Of a stretch of DNA of 64,000 bases, positions 47,397 through 60,100 are shown in pieces (position 1 is the stretch's first letter; each line of letters starts with the position of its first letter). The stretch spans positions 7,556,989 to 7,620,988 of the forward strand of contig CAJINV010000005.1 in the NCBI GenBank assembly GCA_905178155.1. The letters are read 5' to 3'. Origin of the DNA: Amoebophrya sp. A120 (taxonomy: Eukaryota; Protista; Dinoflagellata). The position numbers were made by a program, and so were the translations under genes. Under the pieces are notes generated by a model, which made no database searches, was not told where the DNA came from, and worked only from the letters and a program-made list of their open reading frames with translations.

Positions 47397-50300
47397 ATGT
47401 CGCTCGACAAGCAAAAGGGTGTTATTTACCTGAACAAGACCCACGATCAGTTCGCAAACCTCCTCCCCGACACGGGCCCGGCACAGATTCTTAAGAACAA
47501 CCGCCCACCCGGGGGCAATCTCCAACTAGAATACGACTTGAGCCCCAAGCACTACCGCAGTTGGAACCATCTCGGGTTTAACTTGCAAGAACGGGTGTTC
47601 CACCGGTATAAACACGGCGGGGATGGGACGAGGAAACAAATTTACCACCAGAACGCGAGTACAACCCCGGGGGAGCGGCCGACGGATTTGCGAATCGTGG
47701 AGAACAGTGGGATCCCGTTACCCATGTCCTACCACATGCTCCCTGGCAGTAGGAATCGACGGAATTATGCCGGGATTAATATGCGGAGGAGCTCGGTCGA
47801 TCAGAATGCAGCGCAGCAGCATGGCGGAACAGAATTACCCCATCCCCCGTCTTTCGGTATGGAAAACAAGGGCCTGAGCAATGATCTCCCAGACGGCGTG
47901 ACTCTCGAAGCCGTTTCCACGCCGAGGAAATTCACCATGCAGAATCTGCAACAGTTAGGCAAAGTCCCCGGCCACCAGGGTTTCGACGCAGACCCGAAGT
48001 CGCATGAATCCATGCACGCGGTCGCAGGTCAGGTTGCTGGGGGTGCAGCAACGACAACATATCCGGCCACTTCTCCATCTCCAACTTCAGATACTAGAAA
48101 CAAGGAGAAGGAGCCGGATAGCGAGCAACTCACCGTGGAGGGGTATGACCTGCTCAAACGTAACAATCTCAAACGTTATAATAGGGTTTCGGTTTTGTAT
48201 TTCATGATGAGCATGACAGACTCGGAGAGCATTCGACTTTCTGCAATACAAATTTCGCCACATCATCGTGTTGCGGATTGGGGCTCCAGAACTTGTCATG
48301 CGCAATTCTATGACAGTTTGCTAGATAATGCACTTATTGCAGCACAAATTCGAATTCCAGACTCTATTGCAACGTTTGAGATTGTAACACCTGAGCAAGT
48401 TATAAGGGGTACTACAAATTTTTGGACATCAGCAAGAAAACGGTATTCGGCTTCAAACCTACGCTTCTCGTAAAAGACCGCCACCTCGGCAAAGTCCAGC
48501 AGCGCAAGGGGTTTCTGTGGACGCATTTGTACCCGGTGCCGGCTGATGGGGGGGTGTTGAACATCCCGGCGGTTGGGAAACTCCTGGCAGCTCAACCTCC
48601 GGCGGTTGGTGGCGCAGGTCACCAGGGTCAGACAGTCGCCGGTGGAGCAACTACAGCCACAACTCCAGACTACAACTTTTTTCCACCTTTGTTTGGCAGA
48701 GCCCCCGACGGTGGTGGCGGCTTTTCCGCACCGACGACTCGTACCAATACGAAGATCGTTCCACCGCCCCCTATCTACGACGGAGACATTAGCGAGGCTT
48801 CGCTGCAACATCGCGTGCAGCATTGGGAGCACAGGATCAGCAGGATCTCCGCCGCTAATGCGGATACGCGTATTTCTCCAAGAGCTTCTGTCGCGATGAA
48901 AGCACTTGCACGCATGAGTAATAAAGGTGGAAATACTAAACCGCGAGCGTCCGCTGCGAATGCGGCAAATTTGTCCAGTTCCGCCGCGGGGTTGAATGCG
49001 TCGCTTGCGGTGTTTAAAAGCGGGGGAACTACAAGTACAACTGGAACTACCGGCGCGGGTTCGCGAAGCCTCAGCCCGGAGGATTACATAAAGTATGCAT
49101 TGCAAAAGTGTCGTATTCGTATAAATGCATTACAAATCCCCTGAGCATGAGAAATGAAATTTGTAATGCGGATTTACCTTAAGAAGAAGATTTGTATTGC
49201 ATGACTGCAGTACGAGTGCGATACTTTTGCACAGGATATAAAGCAGCTTGCGACAAACTCGTATAGCAGTGCAACACCTCCGAAGCCTGTGCCTGCTGGT
49301 GGTCCAAGAACAAGCGCTGCGAACGCTAGCGGTAGGAGCCGGTTTGTTGGCGCCGCCGCAATAAATTCTAGTGCAGGAGTAATAGGAACTACTTCAAGTG
49401 GAGTGCACGTGCCACCAGGTCGTGCTGTTGCTGCCAAACCTGACACAGTTTTGGCGTCGAAAGTAGAAAAAGTACAGCCCTACACTAACTTCTACGGGGT
49501 GCCAAGCCCGCCGAGGAAAACAAGTTCCCCACGAGAAGGAGGACCACGACCCGACGTGCATTTCAGTAATATCACCCCCTCAGGGCCAAAGGAGGTGAAC
49601 ATCTTCACGCCGAGGAGGCAATCCCAGTCCGCGCCACCGGCTTCTTCGGAAAACAAAATCTCCTCCCGCGGGCATTCCGTCGAGAGAAAACTTGTACATC
49701 AGCACACGTCAGACAAGGTCGATTTTTTCGCCGCATTGGATTCTCACAGCGATTTGTTGCGGCAGAGGCTGACCAAGAAGAGCGGGAACTTCATCTCACA
49801 CGAGCCGGTGAAGATGAATTCTAGTACATTTTCAAGCAAAAATCTATCATCATCCAACGCAGCTGGAGCAAACAACTCGTCGGCAACGGCACTATCCTCC
49901 AACAAATTCGCACACGCAGTCCCGAAATCGCAGAACAGATCTGGCGGCGCTGGGGGTGCGAGGCCGAGGGCGAGCGCCGCAGGTGCTGTTGACAATTACG
50001 CTGCGGGCGCGAAGGAAATAAACAAGTACGCACAGCTGACGTCGCAACAGCAGCCGGGACAAGAAATAGCTCCGCAGAAGCAGCCGAAATTGAATCGGAC
50101 GGGAACCAACATAGCATCTGTAGATCCAGAACCTACTAGCACAACTACATCGGGAACGATGAAGCAGCAGCCGAAACTACAAGATGAAACCGCACCAAGC
50201 AAGGCGGGCATCAAAAAACCGGAGCTGCACCGTACGGGAACCGACATTGCATCCGTTCCAGGAACAACTACAGGAACGAAGCCGAACCAACAGTTGAAAG

Positions 50301-53300
50301 CGAAGCCCGCGCTGAACCGCACAGGTACCGACATCGCAACTGTTCCAGGAACAAGTACTAAACCAGGAACAACAGGAGCAAAGCCGAAACAAGCAGCCAA
50401 AAGTACTGCAGCAGCAAGTCTAAGTGCTTCTAGAGAGCTCTCGCCCTCCACTCCTTTCGCGGCCGACATTGGAGAGCAGGTCAGCTCCCCGGCGACCTCG
50501 GCTTTTCCATCGGCGAGAACAACGGCAGATAGTGTCGTTCCTCCTCCTGCTGCTTCTTCTTCCCCAGCTGACCAGGTGGTAGAAGAGGATGCTATAATTC
50601 CACCAGCCGGAACGAGCGAAACTGCGGAAGAGCGGCACAGCAGGATCATGAGAAAAGTGAAAAACGCTTTCAAACTGATCCAAGTTTTAATCCACCAAAA
50701 TCATCACGGACCACCTGCGACGGGGAACAATAATTTACAAAGACAGAATAGTCCGAGTATGATGTCGCTAACCGGGAATGTGTATCCTGTGCAAAAGTAT
50801 CGTACCCGTATTCATTGCAGTCATGCATTACAAATCCTGTTCTTAAGGTAATTCCGCATTACAAATTTTGTTTCTCTTGCTGAGGCAATTTGTAATGCAT
50901 TTTCATTTATACGCGCGCGATACTTTCGCACAGCATAATGTGGATCTGAAGGAAAACCGGGCCTTGGAAGCCATGTTTGCGGGAGACTTCGGGAAGCAAA
51001 AAATAATCCCGGACGCCGACGCGCCCACCGCACACATGATCGTCGATCGTGAGCAAGAGGATGAGGCGGAGTTGCTGTATTTAATGAAAAAAGCGGTGGA
51101 TGCGAGTAAGGCAGTGGTGATCCAGGGGGACGCGAACCCGATGAGTTTATCTAGTTTCAACAGCATTTTGTCGAGCCAAATGCACAGCTCCGTGCGGGAG
51201 GCGGGGGACAGCATCACCGGCAGTATCCCGGTGTCGAAAATGAGCATTTTGCAAAGCGTAAGCGCAGCACAGAACGCATGGAGTACGAACGCATCGAATA
51301 CGAACGCATCGAATACGAACGCGTCTGCAGGCGGGGCCTCTGCAAGTGCGGCGAGAAAGAGTGCAGACGATGAGAAAACTTCCAATGCGTCGAAAGCAGC
51401 TCCGGAAACGCTGCAGCAGCGCGCTACCCGGCAAAACGAGGAACTGGCTAGGAAGGAGAAGGAGTCAGAGTACTATAACTACAAACCGGTAATTATGGGA
51501 GTGTCAGAATCGAAATCGACAAAGTCGAAAAACTTGTGATGCATAAAATGTAGAGCACTGAAGGCCTGTATTGCTGAGCAGGCAAATGAGACCCATTGCA
51601 AGCCTCTTTAGGGGAAGGCGATGTGCTGCCAGAGTAGCATGACAGGCGCAGTCTTCTTTGCCGAAACAGCATGACACGCTGGATTTTAGGGCTCCCGAAA
51701 TTTGTCATGCGCCACTTGGAAACTGAGGCTCCAACTGGTAGCGTTAGCGATTTCATGCATCACAAATTTTTCGATTTTGTCAATTTCGATTCTGACACTT
51801 CTATAGCAATATCCTCTTCGAACACCTATCGGCGGGAGAACAGCCCGCCGTCTTCCCAAAGCAGTGACCCCAGGAACGCTCTTTCCATGAAAAAGATGAA
51901 GTGGCAAAGGACGCTGGATGCGAATGGTACCAGATCCTGGGCGAAGGCGGAGGGCGAAACTATGGAATGCAAATATGTCTGGGTCTGGAAAAATGCAGGT
52001 CTGTCATGCTTGGCCGACAAGACAGAACAGTCTGTCATGCTTGGTGCGCTACAGTGCCACGACTTGTTTGTCACGCAAAAAGGCCATTTGTCATGCGGTT
52101 TACGCTAGACATAGCCACTCAGAAACTTCTCATGCGCGGCCCCCTATAATACGGGTGCTATATCATTCGGACATTAGCATCACAACTTTTCAGACCCAGA
52201 CATATTTCCATTTGATAGAAACTGCGAACCATCAATTCAGTTTGGACGAGGCGATTTCGATTAGCCAAGCCCGGGAGTTGATGCTCGCGAAAGCCGGGAA
52301 TAAGAACATCAGGGCTCAGGGGGTGGCGAATGACACTTTTTTCGAACAATTTTACGCCTTCCGAGCGGATCAAGTACACGGGATTGTGGGGAAAAAGGAT
52401 AGGATTTTGTCGAAAAACATGAAGATGAACTCCGACTTGTTCGGCGGCATCGGAAATGAGGAGGTTTTAGATAACACGGCTCCTACTACACCGAATTTGT
52501 CATCGAGGTTGGGGAGTGCGAGCGAAGATAGGGGGGAAATCAACGCTGGGAACGACGAGGAGGAAACAGCACCTCCTGTGTTGCGCTCTTTCGACAATCG
52601 GTCGGCTTGGGATGCCAACCCCAACGCGTCGAAATTCGCAGAAGTCGTCGACGTTGTGTTGCCAAGCGGAAAAGGCGCTGCAGCCGCGGCAGAGATCGAC
52701 TACAGGCCAGGGAGGAAATCGAAAATAACCGGCAGTAAAGGTGATGCTGCCATTATTAATGACTTCCCTGTTGTTGACATCCACAAGGATCAGCAGTTTA
52801 TCAACGACATTCTCATCCGCCCGAGCACAGAGAGGACTGGTGCTGGAGGGAAGATGTTGAAAAGCAAACAACTTGCAGAAGACGAACAATACCCACCTTC
52901 CTCCGCCGGAGCTTTAACGTTCGCAGGATCATCGGGATACAGTACTATCCCAGGCAGCAATTACGCAAGTGGCGGTTTCTCGAAAAGCGGACAACAACTT
53001 TCCAGCACAGCAACTACTATGCAATCCTCGATCCAATCAAATACGAAGAGAAACAAACGCGACCGGCAGTACGCGGAGAGAAGTATGGCTTTGGTGGACA
53101 AAATCCGGGAGAGGTACGATTATCAGGAAAGCGACCAAGTCGGCAGTTTCTCCACCGGGAATAGAAACGTCGGGAGGACAAGACAGAGGGGGGAAACCAG
53201 GGGAAGGGGGGCGGCGAGGTTGAGGATGGAAGGGGAAGCAGCTCCACCACCTGAGACTACAACTGCCGGTGTTGATAGTGGTCCACAGAGAACAAAAACT

Positions 53301-53657
53301 ACATCTTCCCGAACTACACATCATCACAATAGACACCGAACCTCCTTCAAAATGCCGTTACTAGGTTCCCAAATCGAGGACATCGAGTTAGGTTCTGATG
53401 ACCACCCGGAGGCCGCTCCGAAACCGGCGAAACCGAGCTACGCACCGGAACCGTTTGAGAAAGTGGAAGAGCATTTTTTGAAGGATTTGTATGGAGACGA
53501 GGAGGACGCGATTGCGCATGAGGATGATCCGAAAGAGGCGTTTTTGGCGGAGTTGATCGATCATTCGGCTGGGGTGATTTCCGCGACTTCGAAAAAGGAA
53601 AAGAAGGAAAGAATGGTCGCGATGATACAGAAAATCAAAACGGAAAAGGGGCTGTAA
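47397..53657 (+). CDS. Large hypothetical intrinsically disordered protein; 6 exons
   Basis: Exons 47397-48143, 48410-49093, 49244-50782, 50943-51493, 51811-51960, 52223-53657 join in frame; no domain recognised. Confidence 0.75.
48144..48404. mobile_element. Introner family E-like
   Basis: TIR TGCTCA...GT.ACAATCTCAAACGTT; TSD AGGGG. Confidence 0.9.
49094..49238. mobile_element. Introner family B
   Basis: B TIR; TSD TAAAG. Confidence 0.92.
50083..50360 (+). repeat. Three-copy coding repeat PxLxRTGTxIAxV
   Basis: PKLNRTGTNIASV, PELHRTGTDIASVPGT, PALNRTGTDIATVPGT. Confidence 0.8.
50783..50937. mobile_element. Introner family B (reversed vs 49094)
   Basis: B TIR; TSD ATGTG. Confidence 0.92.
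51494..51805. mobile_element. Introner family A (reversed vs 298)
   Basis: A TIR; TSD GTAAT/GCAAT. Confidence 0.92.
51961..52217. mobile_element. Introner family D
   Basis: D TIR; TSD GAAAC. Confidence 0.92.
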
Positions 53658-54487
53658 AGTGGTGCTGCTCTTTTTAAAGTGCAAAGGAGAATCGTCAAAG
53701 AAGCGCTCTGGTGCTTCTATCCAGTACTTTGCTTTCGCTAAAGCAATTCAGAAAAAGCTCTTCAATATTTTATGTCGTGCCTATTTTTCATTTCCACATG
53801 CTTATCTACTGTGTAAACGAACTAGAATTATACTGTGTGAAAACAATTTTTCCCTCTAGTCTGCGGAATTGAATTGACTACTTCAACCTTCGCTGCCGTG
53901 CGTATGTTCTTGCACCGGGTGAATTATTTGGCTACTCGTGTCGTGATCGTGTCAGTGTCCACCACAGTATCACTTCTATTGGAGCACGCGATCATACGGT
54001 TACCACTTTCGCTTTACTCGTTTGAAAGATGGCTTTTTCGGTTCCGCTCGTCGCTCTTGAAACACAGCTTCTCGGTGGTCTTTTTCGTCTCTAGTGCATT
54101 TTTGCGTGACCCCTCGTACTGCTACGTCTCGTCTTCTCGTTCAAACAGCAAGCATCATCGGTTCGTGCACGTACAGTTGGTCTCCTGTTTGTACAACAGG
54201 TATTTGTAGCTCGTCCGGTGCCGCTGGTATAAGTGGTCAACGCTACTACATCCAGACTTCGGTGTCTGCTCCGTAGCAGCCGCTTGTTTCGTTTGTACTT
54301 ACCGACCAGCAGAAAGTCGCTCTGTAGTTCTTGCGTGGTGACGACAACTCCAGACTTTGTCTCCTGCTTCGAACCAAAACCTTTAGGTCAATCAGGCGAC
54401 CCCACTCTTAGAGAAGCAAAAAGAAAAACAAGAACGCAGTACCACTACCACGACCCCCTCGCAACAACAAGAACTACGAAAAACAAA

Positions 54488-56057
54488 ATGGGTGCCGTCT
54501 GTCCCTTATCAACTGCAAAAATGTCTGGGTCTGGAAGGTTGGAACTTGTGATGCTAACTTTGGACTCTAAAAAAATCTGTATTGCATGACCCGCAAGATG
54601 AGGAGTCTGATTTGTGCTAAGCGGGGAGGGCGTTTGTCATGCGGAGTAGACATCAGGAAGCCCTCTAAAAATCCGGGATGCTAGGTCGTGCATTGCAGAC
54701 ATCCTTGATCATGCAAAACATGCGTGACAAGTCTCAGAATCTTCCAGACCCAGACACTTCTACACTTGATATCCCTGCTTAGCTGGTGACAGCACCGCTG
54801 GGCACGACGAGGAAAACCCGCGGGCGAATTACGGCGCTACGGGGAACGACAATATGGGTGTGTCAGGATCGAAATCGACAAAGTTGAAATGATTTGTCAT
54901 GCATAAAAGGGATGCCAGTTGGAACCCAGTTTCCAGGTGGCGCATGGCAAATCTTGGCGGTTCCTAAATCCAGTTTGTCATGCTGTTTAGGCAAAGAAGG
55001 GCGATTTTCTCATGCTATTTTAGCAGCTCGAGCCGTAACGACCCCAAACAGGCTTACAATCGGCCTCACTTGCCTGCTCTGCAACACACGTGCCTCGGGT
55101 CATGCATTTTACGCATTATACAAATCATTTCAACTTTGACGATTTCAGACCTGACGCTTCCATAGACAAGTGCGTCTATTTAGTCTGGTCGGATACATCA
55201 ATGGGTTGCATGTTCATGCACTACACCAAGCCGACCAATTCCAGCGAAACCACTCTGTGTAAAATCACGATCTCCAGAGACCCGCCGGCGTTCAAACTGC
55301 AGAATAACGGCGGCCGCCAGGAATTGGGAAAGAATTGCGGGGACAAGTCGAAGTTCTTTTCCACCTACATGACCTTTCTGCGGGAGTCTTTCAAGTTGGG
55401 GGCAACTTCGATTACCATCGTCGGGCAAGCGACGTCGCACGCGGCGCAAATCAAAATCTTGGACAAGTCGAACACCATGAAGACTTGTTCAGGTACTACA
55501 GATGGGCTGTTCAACTGTAGCTTTGAAGATCTTCCAGATTTTTCGTATACGCATTCTGTAGAAGTAGATCTAGATCCGCCCTCCGTGCATGACAGATTTC
55601 CCTCACGACAATGAAGTACTATGTATGCATAGACAAATTCATCCAAAACTACAGGTGGCTCTCTTTCCGTCAACGCGGGCAACACGGCTGCGATTGCGGT
55701 TCTATCAACTGTAAAAATGTCTGGGTCTGGAAGAATTCATGTTTGTCATGCTTGTCTGGCATGACTCTTAAATCTGTCATGCACGTTACCCAAGAGGTGC
55801 GTTTTTCTGTGATGCAGAAGGGCAGTTTGTCATGCAGAATAGGCAACACCTAGGAGCTCAGAAATTTGTCATGCTGACCCAGCATCTGTAGCCTCATCAT
55901 CAGACGCCACCCAGCATCACAAGGTTCCAGACCCAGACATTTTTACATTTGATAGGTTCTGGGCAAAGACAACAACGCCTTGAACGCAAGTTCGATGGAG
56001 CCGAAGTTCTTCGTGCAAAAAGCGATGAATGAGGGCGCGGGGGAGATGGCTCCGTGA
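54488..56057 (+). CDS. IMP1/IMP2-like (immune mapped protein) dually acylated protein
   Basis: Exons 54488-54506, 54777-54852, 55170-55492, 55655-55702, 55960-56057; MGAVCPC acylation signal; VYLVW...MFMHYTK...FKLQNNGGRQEL...KFFSTYMTFL resembles the IMP2_N domain (recalled, not searched). Confidence 0.68.
54507..54771. mobile_element. Introner family D (D3, reversed)
   Basis: D TIR; TSD TCCCT. Confidence 0.92.
54853..55164. mobile_element. Introner family A
   Basis: A TIR; TSD GACAA. Confidence 0.92.
55493..55654 (+). other. Canonical GT-AG intron flanked by a CAGGT direct repeat
   Basis: TCAG|GTACTA...CTACAG|GT joins KTCS to GGSLSV in frame. Confidence 0.7.
55703..55954. mobile_element. 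Introner family D (D1, 252 bp)
   Basis: D TIR; TSD GGTTC. Confidence 0.93.
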
Positions 56058-57100
56058 GATGGTGATGCTGATGGGCTGTGAGTGGCAGCATCAGAAGAGG
56101 TGTACGATCTGAATAAACTCGAACAAACTACTAGAGAAATTCGAGAAGCAAACAACCACATACAGCAGAGTTGTTTGACTTGCTAACTGTAACTTACAAA
56201 CAGCAGTACAATCAGTAAGCAAAACAAAGTATCGAGCTTCAACTTCGCAAACGAAAAAATCTTCATATAGAGAACGGCCCCCACGGCATTTCTATTGTGC
56301 TTACTACTTTTTTTCATCGATCTGTGGCACACTACATCACAAAATCCTTATTCTACGATTTCTGACGATAAAGCGTCACTACAGCAGACGGTGGATATCC
56401 TTCACCTGGCTGTAGAGCATATAGCTTTTCCAACGTGTTTACGTCCCCATGTGAACAAATTTTGTTGCCTCCACTTATGTGGGTATCTCCTCCGTTTCAC
56501 CAGTATGAGAATGCAGCTATTTCGTTTCTCGCCACAACCGCGAACGGGCACACTGCAGTCTTTGACCAGTTTTGCCAGCAGCTCGCGCATCGTGGATATG
56601 TATCTGAGCTACGCCGTCTCAACCTGTAGTGTTACGCGTTCTCTTCCTGTCGCCGTCGAGCTCCTCGTGGAAACTGTTCTTCGGTAAGGTAATAAAGCAC
56701 TATCGGTTTCATCGTTCAATAAATAAACCTGTCGCAAAATTTTCCTTCACTTCGGTGTGTTGTAATGTCGTCCTTGGTCCTGCAGACCCTGTGTCTAAAA
56801 TCGTGCAAAAGCTCGTGTGTCGTCGTCGTGACATGACAAGCAAGCAACTCTCTGCGTCTGAATTCGTGGCCCACATCGCATTTTCTTGTAACCTGGTACT
56901 ATAACCATGATGACAGCTTCAAGCACCCCTTGCCCCCCTTGAAATTGTCATTGACCTTATTGACATATCATTATCATTGTCTATTCTTTCTCACACCTTT
57001 TCAAGGAGGACTAAAAGCACACTACATAACCTCCCCCAGGAGTACTAGCTGCACAGCCAAAAACTACATCTAAAAACCACTACTTTCCACTTCCCACACC

Positions 57101-60100
57101 ATGTACCGGCCTCCCACCAACGAAGAGCTGCAGCTCATCACCCGCCACACCGAGCGGCTCCGGGTCAGGAACCGCAGCTTCCCCGCGGCGTCCATCATCT
57201 CCCCCGTCGAATGCCACAAATTGGCCACCGACAACAAAATCGTGGATGAGAAAACGCGGGAAAGAATCACCCGGCTGTCGCAAACACGAGCAGGAGCCGA
57301 TGGTACCCCTGTTCTGAAAAAGCAAGAAAAACGGGAAGAGCAGATGACGGCCGATAGCTACGAGGAGTGCATCCAGCGGATATTGACCCACCCTTTTATG
57401 TATCTCTCCCTAGCAAACGACAAAACAAGCGATTCGATCAATGTCGGGTTTTGCCTGAAAGAAGAAGTCCATCGGAAGAGCGAGAAAAAAGGACACCAAG
57501 AACGAAACTCCCGCAACAGCAGCGCGGAAAGCAGGAAATCTGCAGCAGAAAGTGTGACAGGGAGGACTTCTGGCACCAGATCCAGTGTGAAAAAACCGTT
57601 GCTTTCCACAGCGACGAGAATCAGTTTGGGAAGTTCGCCGACATTGAGGCCATCTTCGGAAGTTGTTGCTGTACAACCGAAAAATGGTAGTACAACTAGG
57701 CTCTCTTTATCCTCTCTCTCCTCGAAGCCGCAGAAGTATCAGATTCGCTTGATTGTGAAGTGGACGGGAGAATTGGATCCGAAAACGCCGGTAAAAACTT
57801 CCCATGTTTTTCAGCAGACAACTGAAGATGTCGCTGACACAGAAGAGAAGTTGATGGCCAAGGCCAGGAGGAGGAGCAAGGAAATGCTTTCTGAGGAGCA
57901 AAACCGGATGAAGACGAAAGAAAAGCAGGCCACGGAAGATGGACAAAATCAAGAAGACCCGGGTGAGGAATCCTTTCTAAACGACATCAAACAGGTATGG
58001 AAGTGCACAACTCCCCCTCCCCCTCAATGTATCGCATGAACAGCAATACAAGCCCAAGCGTCAGAGAGAATACAGGTTTTGCATGACAAATTTGGACAGG
58101 AGTGCAGTGCTATTTGGGCTGCCAGAACTTGCCATGCAAACAATGGCAAGAGCCAAGGCGTAAGTTAGGCACTTTGCATGACGAATGAGGGGGAGGGGGA
58201 GTTGTGCACTCTCATAACAGGAACGACAATCGTTATCGCGCTCCCCCTCCCCCGCGAACAAACTGGAGCTGGCCGAGGCGATTCAGACAAAATTCAAATC
58301 CCGAATCCGCAAATCTCTCCAAGAATTGGGGTCGAAAGCCGCGGAAAAACAACGGAAAGCGGAGGAGTATTTGAGGAACAGACAATTGCAGTTTGAACTG
58401 AATTATGAACTGCAAAAGTATCGTACTAGTACTAATCGCATTACAAATTTGCGCAGCATAACAAATGGAATTTCTCATGCTGATTTGCCTTGAAAAAGAG
58501 ATTTGTAATGCATAAATGCGATTACTACGAGTGCGATGCTTCTGCACTGGATATGAATTCGAATTTAATCGCCGAGCAGGTGAAGGAGTTCGAGAACAAT
58601 TCTAGTTCTTTGTCCAACAAAAACAACGATTTTGACCAAGAAAAACTGGACAAGCTCCACCGGCTGTCCTTCGCGACGAATCTGAAAAAACCAGACCACA
58701 AGAAAACGGAACAGGAAATCAAGAATGACTTAAAAAAAGAGCAGGAGTTTGCGGAGAAGGAGAAACATCGGAAATCGTTACTGGAAAAAACGTATCAACT
58801 GCAAGAATGTCTGGGTCTGGAAGATTGCCAGGTTTGTCATGCATATTTTGAATGACCCATGATGTCTGTGATGCATGCCCTAGCGTCACAGATTTTTAGA
58901 GGACTTTGCGATGCCTCTACCGCATGAGAAATGCCCTCTCCGCGTAAGTAGCGCGAACTGGAGTCCTTTTGCTGGACGTGCAATACAAATTTTTTCAGAA
59001 TCCAGAGACAGCATTACAAGTTTAGAATCTTCCAGACCCAGACACTTTTACATTTGATAAGACGAAAAACATCGTGCACAATTTGGTAATATCAAATGCA
59101 AAAATGTCTGGGTCTGGAAGAATGTATGTTTGTCATGCTTGTCAGGCATGACTCTACAATCTGTCATGCATGTTACCCAAATGCCCCATTTTTCTGTCAT
59201 GCAGAAACGCAGTTTGTCATGCGGGATAGGCAACACCTAGAAGCTCAAAAACTTGTCATGCTGGGCCAGCTCTTGTGGCCTCCTCATGATACGCCACCCA
59301 GCATCACAAATTTCCAGACCCCGACATTTTTGCATTTGATAGGTAAAGTCCCAAACGGAAAAGTTATTGATCGAGAAGGAAAGCCGGCGGGATTTTATGA
59401 AGCGCATGTCGCTGAACAAAGAGCAAGACAAACAAAGAGCGCTGTCCCTCGGCGCGGCCGCAGCGGCGAGGATAGAGCAGCAAGCGGAGGGCGAATCCGC
59501 TGGGTTGTTGCAAATCGCGGAGGGGGAAGACGGCGGTGCTGGGTTGAATGGAAACAACGAAGAAGGAGAAGGGAAAGACACGAAGACCGGCTCTACTTCG
59601 AAACGACCCCGCATCCCCTCCCCACTAGCGCAGGAACTCGCGTTCGCGCCCAACACACGGGTGCAGTCTCTTTCCAAAGCGGTGTCGCTCTTGTCCAGTA
59701 AGAACACGTTTGGCGCGGGGAGTACAAGGGAGAACTCGCCGGATGGAGGCAATGTGAACGACGCAGCGAGTTCGAGTTCCAAAAGGCCGAAAATGGGCGA
59801 CATTCTGCGGAAATACCTCGATAAGTTATGGCGTTCTCAAAGGTTACATTTTCAGCTGTTACATGCATTTGTAATGCAAGAACGGCGAAAGTGAAAGGAG
59901 GAAGATCGCGCCTTTTGCATTACAAGTTTGGCGCAGATTTAGACGCGGATTAGTCCTTCGCAAATTTGTCATGCGGAGCAGCTTGATCGTGAGGATGATG
60001 ATGGTGCTTTTGCATGACAAATTCATGTAAACAGTTGAGAGTGTAACATTTGAGAACGCCATATAAGTCGAAGGAGGATTTTGATTTCCGAACTAACCGG

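Noticed and set aside
55546-55631. Additional introner TATACG...ATGCATA
   Set aside because: No TSD and a weak inverted repeat; the GT-AG intron 55493-55654 explains the frame better.
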